This document shows positions 40,611 to 50,244 of a DNA stretch of 64,000 nt, piece after piece. The position numbers were made by a program, and so were the translations under genes. Position 1 is the stretch's first letter, and every line of letters starts with the position of its first letter. The notes beneath the pieces are model-generated. The model saw only the letters and a program-made list of their open reading frames with translations, made no database searches and was not told the DNA's origin. The DNA lies in NCBI GenBank assembly GCA_965226885.1, contig CBDDEL010000015.1, positions 352,001 through 416,000 on the forward strand, given 5' to 3'. The stretch comes from Opitutales bacterium. GTDB taxonomy: Bacteria > Verrucomicrobiota > Verrucomicrobiia > Opitutales > UBA2987.

Positions 40611-41561
40611 TTACCAAGAGTGGGCCCACTCCATTTCGATATATTTCAGGGGCTCATCACCGATTACCTTGCTGCCATGGAACACCTGCTTGGGGGCAAA
40701 AACCAAATCTCCGGCCTTCACTTCCCGCGTTGTTGATCCAATTTCATAAAGCCCTCTGCCCGAAAAAATAAGAAAAGCCTGCTCGCGGTCGTGATGAGTA
40801 TGCGAAGGTGTCCCACCCCCTGTACCATACTCGGATAAGGCCGATCTTATCATCAGGCTGTTGCCTTTGAAATCCCGGCTTTCCAGGTCTTCGGGATAAA
40901 ACATGAGGGAGGCAGATAATTTGGTATGTCCTCCTGCCCCGATGACCTCCAATCCAGAGTCTTTTTGGCGGGCCGAAGGAGTCACCGTAATGTACCCACC
41001 TTCGCTGTAATAACTAAACGGGTGGGTAATTTCCGAACGTACCACAGGCGCGACGTTATCGTTGGGAATCGCGGCCTCTTCCGTCCAGATTGCTTTCACC
41101 AGGCGAAGCGGTTCGTCTCCCGTGACTTTTGCCTCAAAAGGCATTCCCGCCGGAACCAGGATGAAATTTTCCTTTTCGACATGAGAGCGGAAGGAGCCGA
41201 TCTGAATTTCGGCCGAGCCACCGGTAATTACGACCAATTTTTCACTTTTCCCCTTGGACGATTCCCAGGAGGCCTTTCCCCCGGGAGCGTATTCCAAACG
41301 AACTATGGTCGCCAGAATCGAGTTTGCCCGATGATCAAAATTCTTATTATCTTTCGGGGACACGAGCACCGCCATAGACTTGCCCCGCTCAACTTTGGAA
41401 TCGGGAACCGTCCGCACCGGATTGGTTTTTTCATTAAAGATCAAATGCCCCCATCCAGGACCTTCCGCGGATTGAAGACTCCCAGGCCAGGCAATGAAAA
41501 GAAAGAGAAAGGCAATTAAAGTCCTTTCAGGTTTGTTCCGAAGATATTTGCAGACGAACAT
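40611..41561 (-). CDS. Secreted bicupin protein (start uncertain)
   Basis: Signal-like IAFLFLFIAWPGSLQSA; two cupin repeats, only the second with the metal motif HTHHDREQ..HG. Confidence 0.75.
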   Translation of the reverse strand: MFVCKYLRNKPERTLIAFLFLFIAWPGSLQSAEGPGWGHLIFNEKTNPVRTVPDSKVERGKSMAVLVSPKDNKNFDHRANSILATIVRLEYAPGGKASWESSKGKSEKLVVITGGSAEIQIGSFRSHVEKENFILVPAGMPFEAKVTGDEPLRLVKAIWTEEAAIPNDNVAPVVRSEITHPFSYYSEGGYITVTPSARQKDSGLEVIGAGGHTKLSASLMFYPEDLESRDFKGNSLMIRSALSEYGTGGGTPSHTHHDREQAFLIFSGRGLYEIGSTTREVKAGDLVFAPKQVFHGSKVIGDEPLKYIEMEWAHSW

Positions 41562-41720
41562 TACAAATGAAAATGAAAACATTAGTGTCAGCTGTGAAAC
41601 CAGCAAGATGAAAATGAAAACATTAGTGTCAGCTGTGAAACCAGCAAGTAATCTAATCTGGATAAGAGTTATGACCATTGGAAGGTTATTGTCCGGCCCG
41701 TCTCTGCTCTAAAGGTAATA

Positions 41721-42509
41721 ATGATGCGCCAATCACTCATCATGAAACGCATCAGAGCCGGACAGCCCGCCTTGGTGGCCTGTCTTTGCACCCCCATTCC
41801 TTGGTTTCCCCATTACGCAAAGAAAAATGGATACGATGGGGTTTGGTTGGAAACGGAACACCACATGTGGGACAACCGTGAAATTCAGTCCTACCTCTCC
41901 AGGCACCAATCCAGCGGCATCGATTGCATGGTACGGCCGGCCAGCCGTTCCGAAAGTGAAGTTTACCGGCTCCTCGATAGCGGTGCGACCGGTGTTATGA
42001 TTCCCCATGTCGAGTCACCGGAGGAGGCGCAAACATACGTTAATTCAATTAAATTTCATCCCCTCGGCGATCGCGGAGTGGACGGTTATGGTTTGGATAC
42101 CGTATATGGTTTGGAAAAACCGGACGACTACTTTGAAGAGTCCAACCGGGAACGTTTTCTCTGCGTTATGCTGGAATCCCCCGAGGCGGTTAAACAGGCC
42201 GACGCCATAGCCGCCGTGCCGGGAGTCGATCTGTTATTTATCGGTCCGGCGGACTTGTTGAGCCGCATGGAATTGCCGATTGACATCACCCATCCCGCTT
42301 ATCTTGAAGCCCAGCGGGAAATCAGTCAAGCCGTCCGATCCCAGGGCAAAGCCTGGGGTTGCCCTTGCCCCAACCCGGCAGCGGCAAAAGCCGCTCTGTC
42401 AGCGGGCGCGGGGTTGGTCGTGATGGGAGGTGATTTTCTTATCATTATAAATGGTCTGGAAAAATCATCACAAGATTTCAGAGAGTGCCGAGACCAACTC
42501 GCGGAATAA
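41721..42509 (+). CDS. HpcH/HpaI aldolase family
   Basis: WLETEH, LDSGATGVMIPHV, PLGDRG, MLESPE, LFIGPADL. Confidence 0.9.
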   Translation: MMRQSLIMKRIRAGQPALVACLCTPIPWFPHYAKKNGYDGVWLETEHHMWDNREIQSYLSRHQSSGIDCMVRPASRSESEVYRLLDSGATGVMIPHVESPEEAQTYVNSIKFHPLGDRGVDGYGLDTVYGLEKPDDYFEESNRERFLCVMLESPEAVKQADAIAAVPGVDLLFIGPADLLSRMELPIDITHPAYLEAQREISQAVRSQGKAWGCPCPNPAAAKAALSAGAGLVVMGGDFLIIINGLEKSSQDFRECRDQLAE

Positions 42510-42535
42510 TCCAACACAGTCGCTCAAGGCGGAAT

Positions 42536-42758
42536 TTCGGTAAAGGCCGAATGCTTCGGTAAAGGCCGAATGCATAGGTTAGCTTTTTTTACCACTACTA
42601 TGGAATTGCTACCGTTGAATGGCTGAAGTTGAATGGCTGAATTCCAATTTTAAGGCGCTTTCCATCGGGCCACGGGCCAACAACCCATCGGGCCACGGGC
42701 CAACAACCTATCCACTTTGAGTCAAATATTCCTAAAATTGAGTCAAATATTCCTAAAA
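42536..42758. repeat. Four independent perfect tandem duplications (19, 14, 23, 21 bp)
   Basis: 42536-42573, 42614-42641, 42662-42707, 42717-42758; each has two exact copies and the units are unrelated. Confidence 0.95.
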
Positions 42759-42768
42759 CATTGCGTCT

Positions 42769-45660
42769 ATGAAAAAATACTATGTTCGCTCAGTCCGGTT
42801 CCGCCGTCTTCCAGGGGCCTTTTTTTCCACTATTTCCAGCCTGCTGCTGTTGGCAGCCATGCTCCCGGGAGCCTCCAATCCGGAGGCATGGACACAAGAT
42901 ACCTTTGAAGATTTCTCCCGTGGCCAGCTTGGAAACGTCGGCAATAACATCTACGTAACCAGGGAGGGAAAGGTTGAAACCATCCAGCGATGGGATCTGA
43001 ACGAGGACGGATTCCTCGATATTATCTTCAACAGCACCCACGATAGAATGTCTTGGGTGCCCCCGACCCTGGCCGAAGTGGATTCGAGTGGAAAGGTTTC
43101 TTCCCGGAAACTGAGCGTTCTGGGTAGTAAAGCCGCGGTGGTCGGGGATTTTAATAAAGACGGCTATAGCGACATCGTCTTCATGCCAAACCAGCAAAAT
43201 GTGCAGGGCTCCTCACGCTATTACCTCACCATCATTTATGGAGGTCCGGACGGCTGGCCCGCGTCCAGAACACAACGACCGCTTCCCCTCTACAACCCAT
43301 CCGCTATTGAAAAGGCGGACCTCAACGCGGACGGCTGGCCGGACCTGGTGCTGGCGGAAAATTTTTCGGGGAAACCGGGATATCGCGATGGTCATTTCAT
43401 GAGTGTTTACTGGGGATCCGAAGATGGATTCAAAGTTGATTCCCTTTCCCAATTCGAGATCGATAAACCGGTCGGGATGGCCCGAGGCGATTTTGATGGC
43501 AGTGGGGGCGTTGATGTGGCCATTGTTGCGGCAGAATCGACGCTTTACACCCTCTACGCGACAAAAGACGCAGAACAAGACTGGGACTGGAAACCGATAT
43601 CCTATACACTCTCGGAAGGGAGTGCGGAAAAGGCAAAAGATTTGAATCTGCAGGCTGTTGCGGCGGAGGATATCAATGGGGACGGCATCCTCGATCTTGT
43701 TTTCGGAAGTTCCGAACCGCGTCTTTATATTCTCAATGGAGAATCAGGTAAGGATTGGGGCGCCCTTGAATCCATTGAAGCCTTTCCCGCCACCCAGGTG
43801 ACAGCCGGAGATATCGATGGGGACGGCGCGCCCGATCTGGTGCTGACCGATCTCAAACTGGGTCAAGCCATGGGAGGGGAAGCCGCCGGAGCCCGTCCCG
43901 ACAGCGTCAGTTCGGTGCGCATCCTATGGGCTGGATCGGATGGATACTCCGCCGACCGAATACTGGTGTTGAATATTCCGGCGGCCATTCACTCGGCTAT
44001 CGGGGAATTTAACGGTGACGGCCGTCCGGATTTAGCCATCGCCGTCCATCAAGGGACCATCACAACGGAAGCCGATTCTCTTCTCTATTTCGGAGCCTCT
44101 GAAAGAAGACTGGATCGGGCTTCAGAGGGCATTCCCACAAGCGGAGCCACCCAGGCGGTTGTGATACCCGGAATGAAGGACACGCCCGATAAGGTTGTGT
44201 TTACGAACAGTATGTTCACAACCTTGGGTGAACTGGTTCCCATACAGATCTACTGGGGCTCCTCGGAAGGCTTTTCACCGGATAATCGATCGGAATTCCC
44301 GAACCGCAGCGGGTATGAATCCAGCGCCGCCGATCTGAATAATGATGGCCAGGTTGACCTGGTATTTGTGAATTCCGGCCATGCCGGGCCTGCGTTTTCG
44401 AAAAACGATCCGGAATTGGGCGCCCATATCTACTGGGGGGGAAAAAGCGGGACGACTCCCGGTCCCAACAAATTCGATATCTCTCGAAGAACTGTTTTGA
44501 ATGAAATAAATCTCGGAGGCACCAATATTGCCGACCTGAATCGGGACGGATACCTCGATCTCATTCTCGGCGCCTTTGAAGGACCAGTCCTGGGCACGCA
44601 CCTGGTGATCTACTATGGGTCAAAGGAGGGATTCAGCGCTGCCGCTCGCGAGGCCATCCCCGTAACGGGCCGCTGCATTAGCCCCCTCGCGGCGGATCTG
44701 AACGGCGATAACTGGCTCGACCTCACCGTGGCTGCTTTTGATGCCGACACACTCTGGACCTTTTATGGCGGCCCGGATGGCTTTTTCGAGGAGAACCGAT
44801 CGAAGAACCGATCGAGACTCTACGTCTCGTCGCCGATCGATATCGAAGCGGCGGACCTGAACGGAGACGGGCATCTCGACATTGTGGCTTCCAGTTATTA
44901 TGACAAGAGCACCGGTTTATCCGATATGGGCAATCGGATTTTCTGGGGAAGCGCGGCCGGCTATACTGCGTCAAACGCCCAGTGGCTGCCGGGGACCGCA
45001 TCGATTGGCTTTGCCGTGGCGGATTTGGATGCAGACGGCTATCTCGACCTGTTCTGCCCCAATTACAATGCAATCGCCACTCGCGAGCATATTCCCTCTT
45101 ACCTTTACTGGGGTGGGCCCGATGGGTTTTCCCCTCAGCTTCGCACCATCATCGTGGCCACTTCGGCCCATGACGCTCAAGTCGCTGATTTTAATCGTGA
45201 CGGGCTTCTCGACCTGGCGTTATCCGAGCATTCAAGCAACAACGGACATATCATCGAATCCACGATATTCTATAATGATGGGAACCGCTTCTCCGACCCC
45301 GAGAAAACAAAGCTGCCCACCATCGGCACTCATTTTATGTGGGTCCAGGACATGGGAAATCTCTACCACCGGCGGTTTGAAGAAACCTACACATCAGAGG
45401 TCTTTTCCTGGAACCGATCCAGCCGCCATGGGGAACTGACCGTTCAGGCGCAAACACCTACGGGAAGCAGCCTGAAAGCCCAAGTCCGCTCTGCCGCAAA
45501 TTCCGGGGCGCTGGAAAACGCATCCTGGCGCCCGGTTAACGAGAATCGGCTCGCCCTCGCTCGCAAGGACCGGGTGCTCCAATACCGGCTCATGCTTCAT
45601 TCTCAATACGGGGATCTTTACCCGTCGGTTGAACGCGTTCAGGTAAACATCGGTCCCTGA
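42769..45660 (+). CDS. Secreted 14-blade FG-GAP/VCBS-repeat protein, paralog 2
   Basis: Signal peptide; WTQDTFEDFSRG..NIYV; 13 clear plus 1 degenerate DxNxDG loops; C-terminal LQYRLML..P domain; most similar to paralog 1. Confidence 0.88.
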   Translation: MKKYYVRSVRFRRLPGAFFSTISSLLLLAAMLPGASNPEAWTQDTFEDFSRGQLGNVGNNIYVTREGKVETIQRWDLNEDGFLDIIFNSTHDRMSWVPPTLAEVDSSGKVSSRKLSVLGSKAAVVGDFNKDGYSDIVFMPNQQNVQGSSRYYLTIIYGGPDGWPASRTQRPLPLYNPSAIEKADLNADGWPDLVLAENFSGKPGYRDGHFMSVYWGSEDGFKVDSLSQFEIDKPVGMARGDFDGSGGVDVAIVAAESTLYTLYATKDAEQDWDWKPISYTLSEGSAEKAKDLNLQAVAAEDINGDGILDLVFGSSEPRLYILNGESGKDWGALESIEAFPATQVTAGDIDGDGAPDLVLTDLKLGQAMGGEAAGARPDSVSSVRILWAGSDGYSADRILVLNIPAAIHSAIGEFNGDGRPDLAIAVHQGTITTEADSLLYFGASERRLDRASEGIPTSGATQAVVIPGMKDTPDKVVFTNSMFTTLGELVPIQIYWGSSEGFSPDNRSEFPNRSGYESSAADLNNDGQVDLVFVNSGHAGPAFSKNDPELGAHIYWGGKSGTTPGPNKFDISRRTVLNEINLGGTNIADLNRDGYLDLILGAFEGPVLGTHLVIYYGSKEGFSAAAREAIPVTGRCISPLAADLNGDNWLDLTVAAFDADTLWTFYGGPDGFFEENRSKNRSRLYVSSPIDIEAADLNGDGHLDIVASSYYDKSTGLSDMGNRIFWGSAAGYTASNAQWLPGTASIGFAVADLDADGYLDLFCPNYNAIATREHIPSYLYWGGPDGFSPQLRTIIVATSAHDAQVADFNRDGLLDLALSEHSSNNGHIIESTIFYNDGNRFSDPEKTKLPTIGTHFMWVQDMGNLYHRRFEETYTSEVFSWNRSSRHGELTVQAQTPTGSSLKAQVRSAANSGALENASWRPVNENRLALARKDRVLQYRLMLHSQYGDLYPSVERVQVNIGP

Positions 45661-45755
45661 ATTCCATGACCCCGAGAGTTTACTCGAACGGGAAGGGCGA
45701 CAGGTCTCTTCGGCCGTCAGATTTGAAGCTGCCTAACGTAATTAGTAAGTAATTC

Positions 45756-47255
45756 GTGCACCTGCACACTTTAGATTTCGTCGTCATCACCCTCTACCTC
45801 GTCGGCCTCCTGGGAGTTGGTTTTTTCTTTGCGGGCCGCCAGAAGGGCAAGGAAGACTACTTCCTCGGCAACCGGAAAATGCCCTGGTTTCTAGTCGGAA
45901 TCAGCGTCGTCGCAACTTTGCTTTCTACCGTAACCTACCTCGCGGTACCAGGGGAAATGATCCGTTATGGGATCGGGTTCGCATCTCTGCTCCTGTCCTT
46001 CATTTTTATCATTCCGTTCGTCAACCGGATCATCATTCCCTTTCTCATGAACCTGCGGGTGACGAGCGTTTACGAGTACATCGAAGAGCGCTTTAATGTG
46101 CAGACCCGCCTCCTGGCCGCTTCGGCCTTCATAATTTCCCGGATCATCTGGACGGGTTTGATCACCTACATGGCTTCCTTCGCCATTGCTTCCATGACCG
46201 GTTGGAATAAGCCCATGATTATACTGTTCATCGGTCTCATCACGACCGTATATACCTCCGCGGGCGGAATAAGGGCTGTCATGTGGACCGATTTTGCTCA
46301 GTTTGTCATCTTGTTTGGCGGGGCCTTGTTCGTTTTGTTATACATCGCCATCACTACCCATACCGGGCCGCTCACCTGGTGGGAGACCTTTTCCGCTGCC
46401 GGTAGAACCGAAGTGCCGGTATTCAGCCTGGACCCCGAAGTGCGGCTGACCATGGTGGGAATGATTGCTATCGGTTTTATCTGGAACATTTGCACCCATG
46501 GGGCCGACCAGGTAGCCGCTCAACGCTACCTGAGCACTCCCTCAGCCGCCGCCGCCCGACGCTCCGTCTGGATTTTTTCCATAGCAAACGTAGGCATGAT
46601 TTTGATCCTGATGGTTATCGGTCTGGCCCTCTTTTACTTCTTCTTCCTGAAATCCGGCCTCCCGGTACAGGAATTCCAGGAAAAAATCGCGCCCGAAGCG
46701 GACCAACTGTTTCCACGATTCATCGCAACAGAGCTACCTCCGGGAGTGTCGGGACTCATCCTGGCCGCTATTCTCGCTGCCGCAATGTCCAGCTTGAGTT
46801 CCGCTATCAATTCAATTTCCACAGTGGCGGTGACGGATTTTCTCGATCGTTTCAAAGTCCTCGAAAAGTACCAGGACCACCTCTACCTCGCTGTGGGGAT
46901 GGCGGTTTTAGGTGGTTTGCTGGGAATATTTTCCGCTCTCACCGTAAATCAATTCATGGAATCGGGAGAGTGGAATCTTCTGGAACTGACGGAACGCGCC
47001 AACCACCTCTTCGTAGCCCCACTGGCAGTTCTCTTTTTTGTCGGCATTCTTTTTCCCCGGGCCGACCCAAGGGCCGCCCTCGCCGGATTTTTCGCCGGTT
47101 TGGCAACCGCTATATTCGTCGCCTTCAGCAAGGAACTGTTTGGCATGGAAACCCCGATTGGTTTTATCTGGGTCCTCCCCGGATCCTTTTCAATCAGCTT
47201 TGTTGTCTCCTGGTTGATGAGCCTCGTCTTTCCCCAAAAACCTTCCGCCTCTTAA
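45756..47255 (+). CDS. Sodium:solute symporter (SSS) family transporter
   Basis: DYFLGNRKMPW, SVYEYIEERF, YTSAGGIRAVMWTD, DQVAAQRYL, AAAMSSLSSAINS. Confidence 0.95.
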   Translation: MHLHTLDFVVITLYLVGLLGVGFFFAGRQKGKEDYFLGNRKMPWFLVGISVVATLLSTVTYLAVPGEMIRYGIGFASLLLSFIFIIPFVNRIIIPFLMNLRVTSVYEYIEERFNVQTRLLAASAFIISRIIWTGLITYMASFAIASMTGWNKPMIILFIGLITTVYTSAGGIRAVMWTDFAQFVILFGGALFVLLYIAITTHTGPLTWWETFSAAGRTEVPVFSLDPEVRLTMVGMIAIGFIWNICTHGADQVAAQRYLSTPSAAAARRSVWIFSIANVGMILILMVIGLALFYFFFLKSGLPVQEFQEKIAPEADQLFPRFIATELPPGVSGLILAAILAAAMSSLSSAINSISTVAVTDFLDRFKVLEKYQDHLYLAVGMAVLGGLLGIFSALTVNQFMESGEWNLLELTERANHLFVAPLAVLFFVGILFPRADPRAALAGFFAGLATAIFVAFSKELFGMETPIGFIWVLPGSFSISFVVSWLMSLVFPQKPSAS

Positions 47256-47276
47256 AATTCTCCTGAATCCACAATC

Positions 47277-50129
47277 ATGCTCACCTCCCGTTACCGCTCA
47301 TCAATTCTCCCCCTCGCGATAGCCTGCACTTTCTTCGCCGTTCCTTTCGGCCTCTCGGGCGAGTCCGAAAAAAAGGCAGACCAGCGGACCTCCGGGAAAC
47401 GTGCCTGGGTTACTCAATCCTGGGAAGATTTCGAGGCCGGCACTTTCTCCGACGGAGGGGTCAACATGTATGCCGCGGCCGACGGCACCCTCAGGTTGAT
47501 CAATCTCTGGGATCTGAATGGGGATGGCAATATCGAGCTTCTTCTTCCCAACTCCCATGGGTCCAACAGCAAGCCGGACCTCTATATTTATTGGGGGCGC
47601 GACGAATGGTCCGAGGATTCCCGGACCCGTCTGCCGGCGAATGGCGCCAAATCGGCCGCCGTGGCGGATTTCAATCTCGATGGCTGGCCGGATCTGGTGG
47701 TCGCAAACCGTTCTAATGGTATAAGGAATGACCTGGACAGCTTCATCTATTGGGGAAGCAAAACCGGCATGTCGCAGGAACGGCTAACCCGGCTACCGGC
47801 TGTAGGACCCGAGGCGGTAGCCGCCGCGGACCTGAACGGAGATGGCTTCCCCGAAATCGTCATAGCGAACAACGGGATGGGTTATCACGTCGCGGAAGAT
47901 TCGTTTCACCGGTCTTTTATTTACTGGAATCGGGAGGGCGCCTTTTCCCCCCAGGACCGGACCGAATTGGAAACATCCAATGCCCAAGGAGTTGCGGTAG
48001 GCGATTTCAACCAGGACGGAAAACTCGATATCGCCTTTGCTAATAAAGGAAACGAGGAGGGAGAGGCCGGCATCTTTATCTACCTGGCGCAGTTAAGGGG
48101 TGAATTCGCAGATCAACCCTCGATACACCTTCCGGGTGAGCGCAGCAGCGCCCTGGTTGCCCACGATCTGAACGGTGACGGCTGGCTCGATCTGGCCCTC
48201 GCAAACGCCTTTCGCCTTAAGGACCGCGAAGGTGGAATTTACGACATCGTGGATACGGTCGCTCTGGATTCCCCGGTTTATTGGGGCGGTCCGGATGGAT
48301 TTTCCGAGGAGCGCGCAACACTGCTTCCCACTGTCAGCCCGACGGCGGTGGACGCAGGGGATCTCAACGGTGATGGCTGGCCCGACCTGGTATTCGCGCA
48401 AACCGCAGGTGGACACAGCTTTGTTTACTGGGGCAGTCCGCAAGGACCGGCCCGGAACCGACGCTTGCAAATTCCGGGCGCCCATTCAGCCACCCGTATC
48501 GCGGACCTGGATGGCGATGGGCGCAATGACCTCATGCTTTCCACAAACGTAGTATCCGGATCCAGCGATGCCCCCACTACCATTTACCTAGGGCGGGACG
48601 ATGGCCTGTCGCTCAGCGATACCCTGGTGGTCCCCTCCTCGCATGCCGGCGGCCTGGTGGCCGCAGATCTGGATCTGGACGGAAAGAAGGATCTGGTCGT
48701 CATCAACATCTCGTCGGGAGGGGGCATTGGAGCCCCAGCCTACATCTACTGGGGGGAGCCGGACGGACGGTTTTCCCCATCCAACCTCACCCTGCTCCCC
48801 GGCACCCAAGGCTCGGGCTCCAATGCGGCGGCCGATTTCAACGCTGACGGACACGTTGACATTCTTATCGCGCAAAACCCTCCCATCATTTTCTGGGGAG
48901 GTGAGAAAGGCTTTTCAGAAGAGCGATCGGAAGCCCTACCCTCTGAACCCGGCTTTTCAGGACGAACCGCGGATTTCAATCGTGACGGGTATCTCGACCT
49001 GGCCATGAGCGAATGGGAACCAGGCAGCGATTCGACTCACCTTTATTGGGGAGGCCCGGGAGGTTATTCTAAGGCAAACAGCCAGACTTTCCCGATCGGG
49101 GGCGTCCGTTATCACACCATCGCGGATCTGAATCAAGACGGATGGGTGGACCTGCTTTATCCCAATTCCTCCGATCAATATGTAGCCATTTTCTGGAACG
49201 GGCCCAATGGGTTTGCGCCGGTTAAAGAGACACGGCTGCCCGCGCGAGCCACCGTCGTCATTGAAGTCGCCGACCTCAACGGGGATGGATTCCTTGATGT
49301 CATTGTTCCGAACATGTATGATAAAAATCCGGCTCCAGGTAAGACCCGGGCATTCGGGGGATCACCCGAGGGAGACACCTTTATCTACTGGGGAGGACCG
49401 GAAGGGCCGGACCCCGGCAACCGCACCGTGCTGCCATCCATCGGAGTGCACGACGCGGCCGTCGCCGATTTAAACCGGGACGGGCACCTCGATCTGGTTT
49501 TGACCTCCTATCACGCCGGGGTAACCCGTTCTCATCCCTCTTATATTTACTGGAACAGCGCCGAGGGGTTCGACACGCGCCGGGTAACGATGCTACCGAC
49601 CCATTCCGCCGCCGGAGTCCTGGTGGCCGACTTTGACCGCGATGATTGGCCGGATATCTTCTTTGCCAACCATACCCGCGATGGCAATCATACTAACGAA
49701 TCCTGGTTGTATTGGGGATCGGCCGATGGTTTTTCACAGACCCGGCGATTGTCTTTGCCCGGGCTTGGCCCGCACAACCTGACCGTAACCGATATCGGTC
49801 ATATTGCAGACCGAAGTGATATCTGGACCTACACCTCCCAGCCCTATTATGCCGGCTCCGGCTCCCGCTTTACTCGTCTGGAATGGGAGGCGGATACCCC
49901 GCACCGCACTCGGGTCGCCTTCCAGGTCCGCGCCGCCTCCGATAGCGAGGCCCTGGGTGATGCCCCCTGGACCGGACCCAAGGGTCCGGATTCCTTCTGG
50001 GATACTTCCGGGGCCCGTCTGCCCGGTTCCCTTTCTCCGAACGCCTGGGTGCAATACCGTATCCGGCTGATTAGCCCGAATTCCGCTAATTCCCCGATCG
50101 TGCGGTCCGTCACTCTTTATCACCGCTGA
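47277..50129 (+). CDS. Secreted 14-blade FG-GAP/VCBS-repeat protein, paralog 3
   Basis: Signal peptide; WVTQSWEDFEAG..NMYA; 14 DxN/DxDG loops; C-terminal WEADTP..FQVRA..VQYRIRL. Confidence 0.88.
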   Translation: MLTSRYRSSILPLAIACTFFAVPFGLSGESEKKADQRTSGKRAWVTQSWEDFEAGTFSDGGVNMYAAADGTLRLINLWDLNGDGNIELLLPNSHGSNSKPDLYIYWGRDEWSEDSRTRLPANGAKSAAVADFNLDGWPDLVVANRSNGIRNDLDSFIYWGSKTGMSQERLTRLPAVGPEAVAAADLNGDGFPEIVIANNGMGYHVAEDSFHRSFIYWNREGAFSPQDRTELETSNAQGVAVGDFNQDGKLDIAFANKGNEEGEAGIFIYLAQLRGEFADQPSIHLPGERSSALVAHDLNGDGWLDLALANAFRLKDREGGIYDIVDTVALDSPVYWGGPDGFSEERATLLPTVSPTAVDAGDLNGDGWPDLVFAQTAGGHSFVYWGSPQGPARNRRLQIPGAHSATRIADLDGDGRNDLMLSTNVVSGSSDAPTTIYLGRDDGLSLSDTLVVPSSHAGGLVAADLDLDGKKDLVVINISSGGGIGAPAYIYWGEPDGRFSPSNLTLLPGTQGSGSNAAADFNADGHVDILIAQNPPIIFWGGEKGFSEERSEALPSEPGFSGRTADFNRDGYLDLAMSEWEPGSDSTHLYWGGPGGYSKANSQTFPIGGVRYHTIADLNQDGWVDLLYPNSSDQYVAIFWNGPNGFAPVKETRLPARATVVIEVADLNGDGFLDVIVPNMYDKNPAPGKTRAFGGSPEGDTFIYWGGPEGPDPGNRTVLPSIGVHDAAVADLNRDGHLDLVLTSYHAGVTRSHPSYIYWNSAEGFDTRRVTMLPTHSAAGVLVADFDRDDWPDIFFANHTRDGNHTNESWLYWGSADGFSQTRRLSLPGLGPHNLTVTDIGHIADRSDIWTYTSQPYYAGSGSRFTRLEWEADTPHRTRVAFQVRAASDSEALGDAPWTGPKGPDSFWDTSGARLPGSLSPNAWVQYRIRLISPNSANSPIVRSVTLYHR

Positions 50130-50244
50130 CGGATGTTCTCGCAGGCGGAAGTTCATGCACTACTCCGCGCTCGGGCAGCGCGCAACGTGCTTTTGAGCTA
50201 CGACGAGTAATGGAGGCTTTTCACACCCATCCGTTCAAGGAGAA

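Noticed and set aside
41562..41678. Hydrophobic N-terminal extension of the cupin ORF
   Set aside because: It runs through the 41-bp duplication 41567-41648 and is probably non-coding
42536..42758. Clustered short repeats as a CRISPR array
   Set aside because: The units are adjacent two-copy duplications of unrelated sequences, with no constant repeat-spacer pattern and no cas genes
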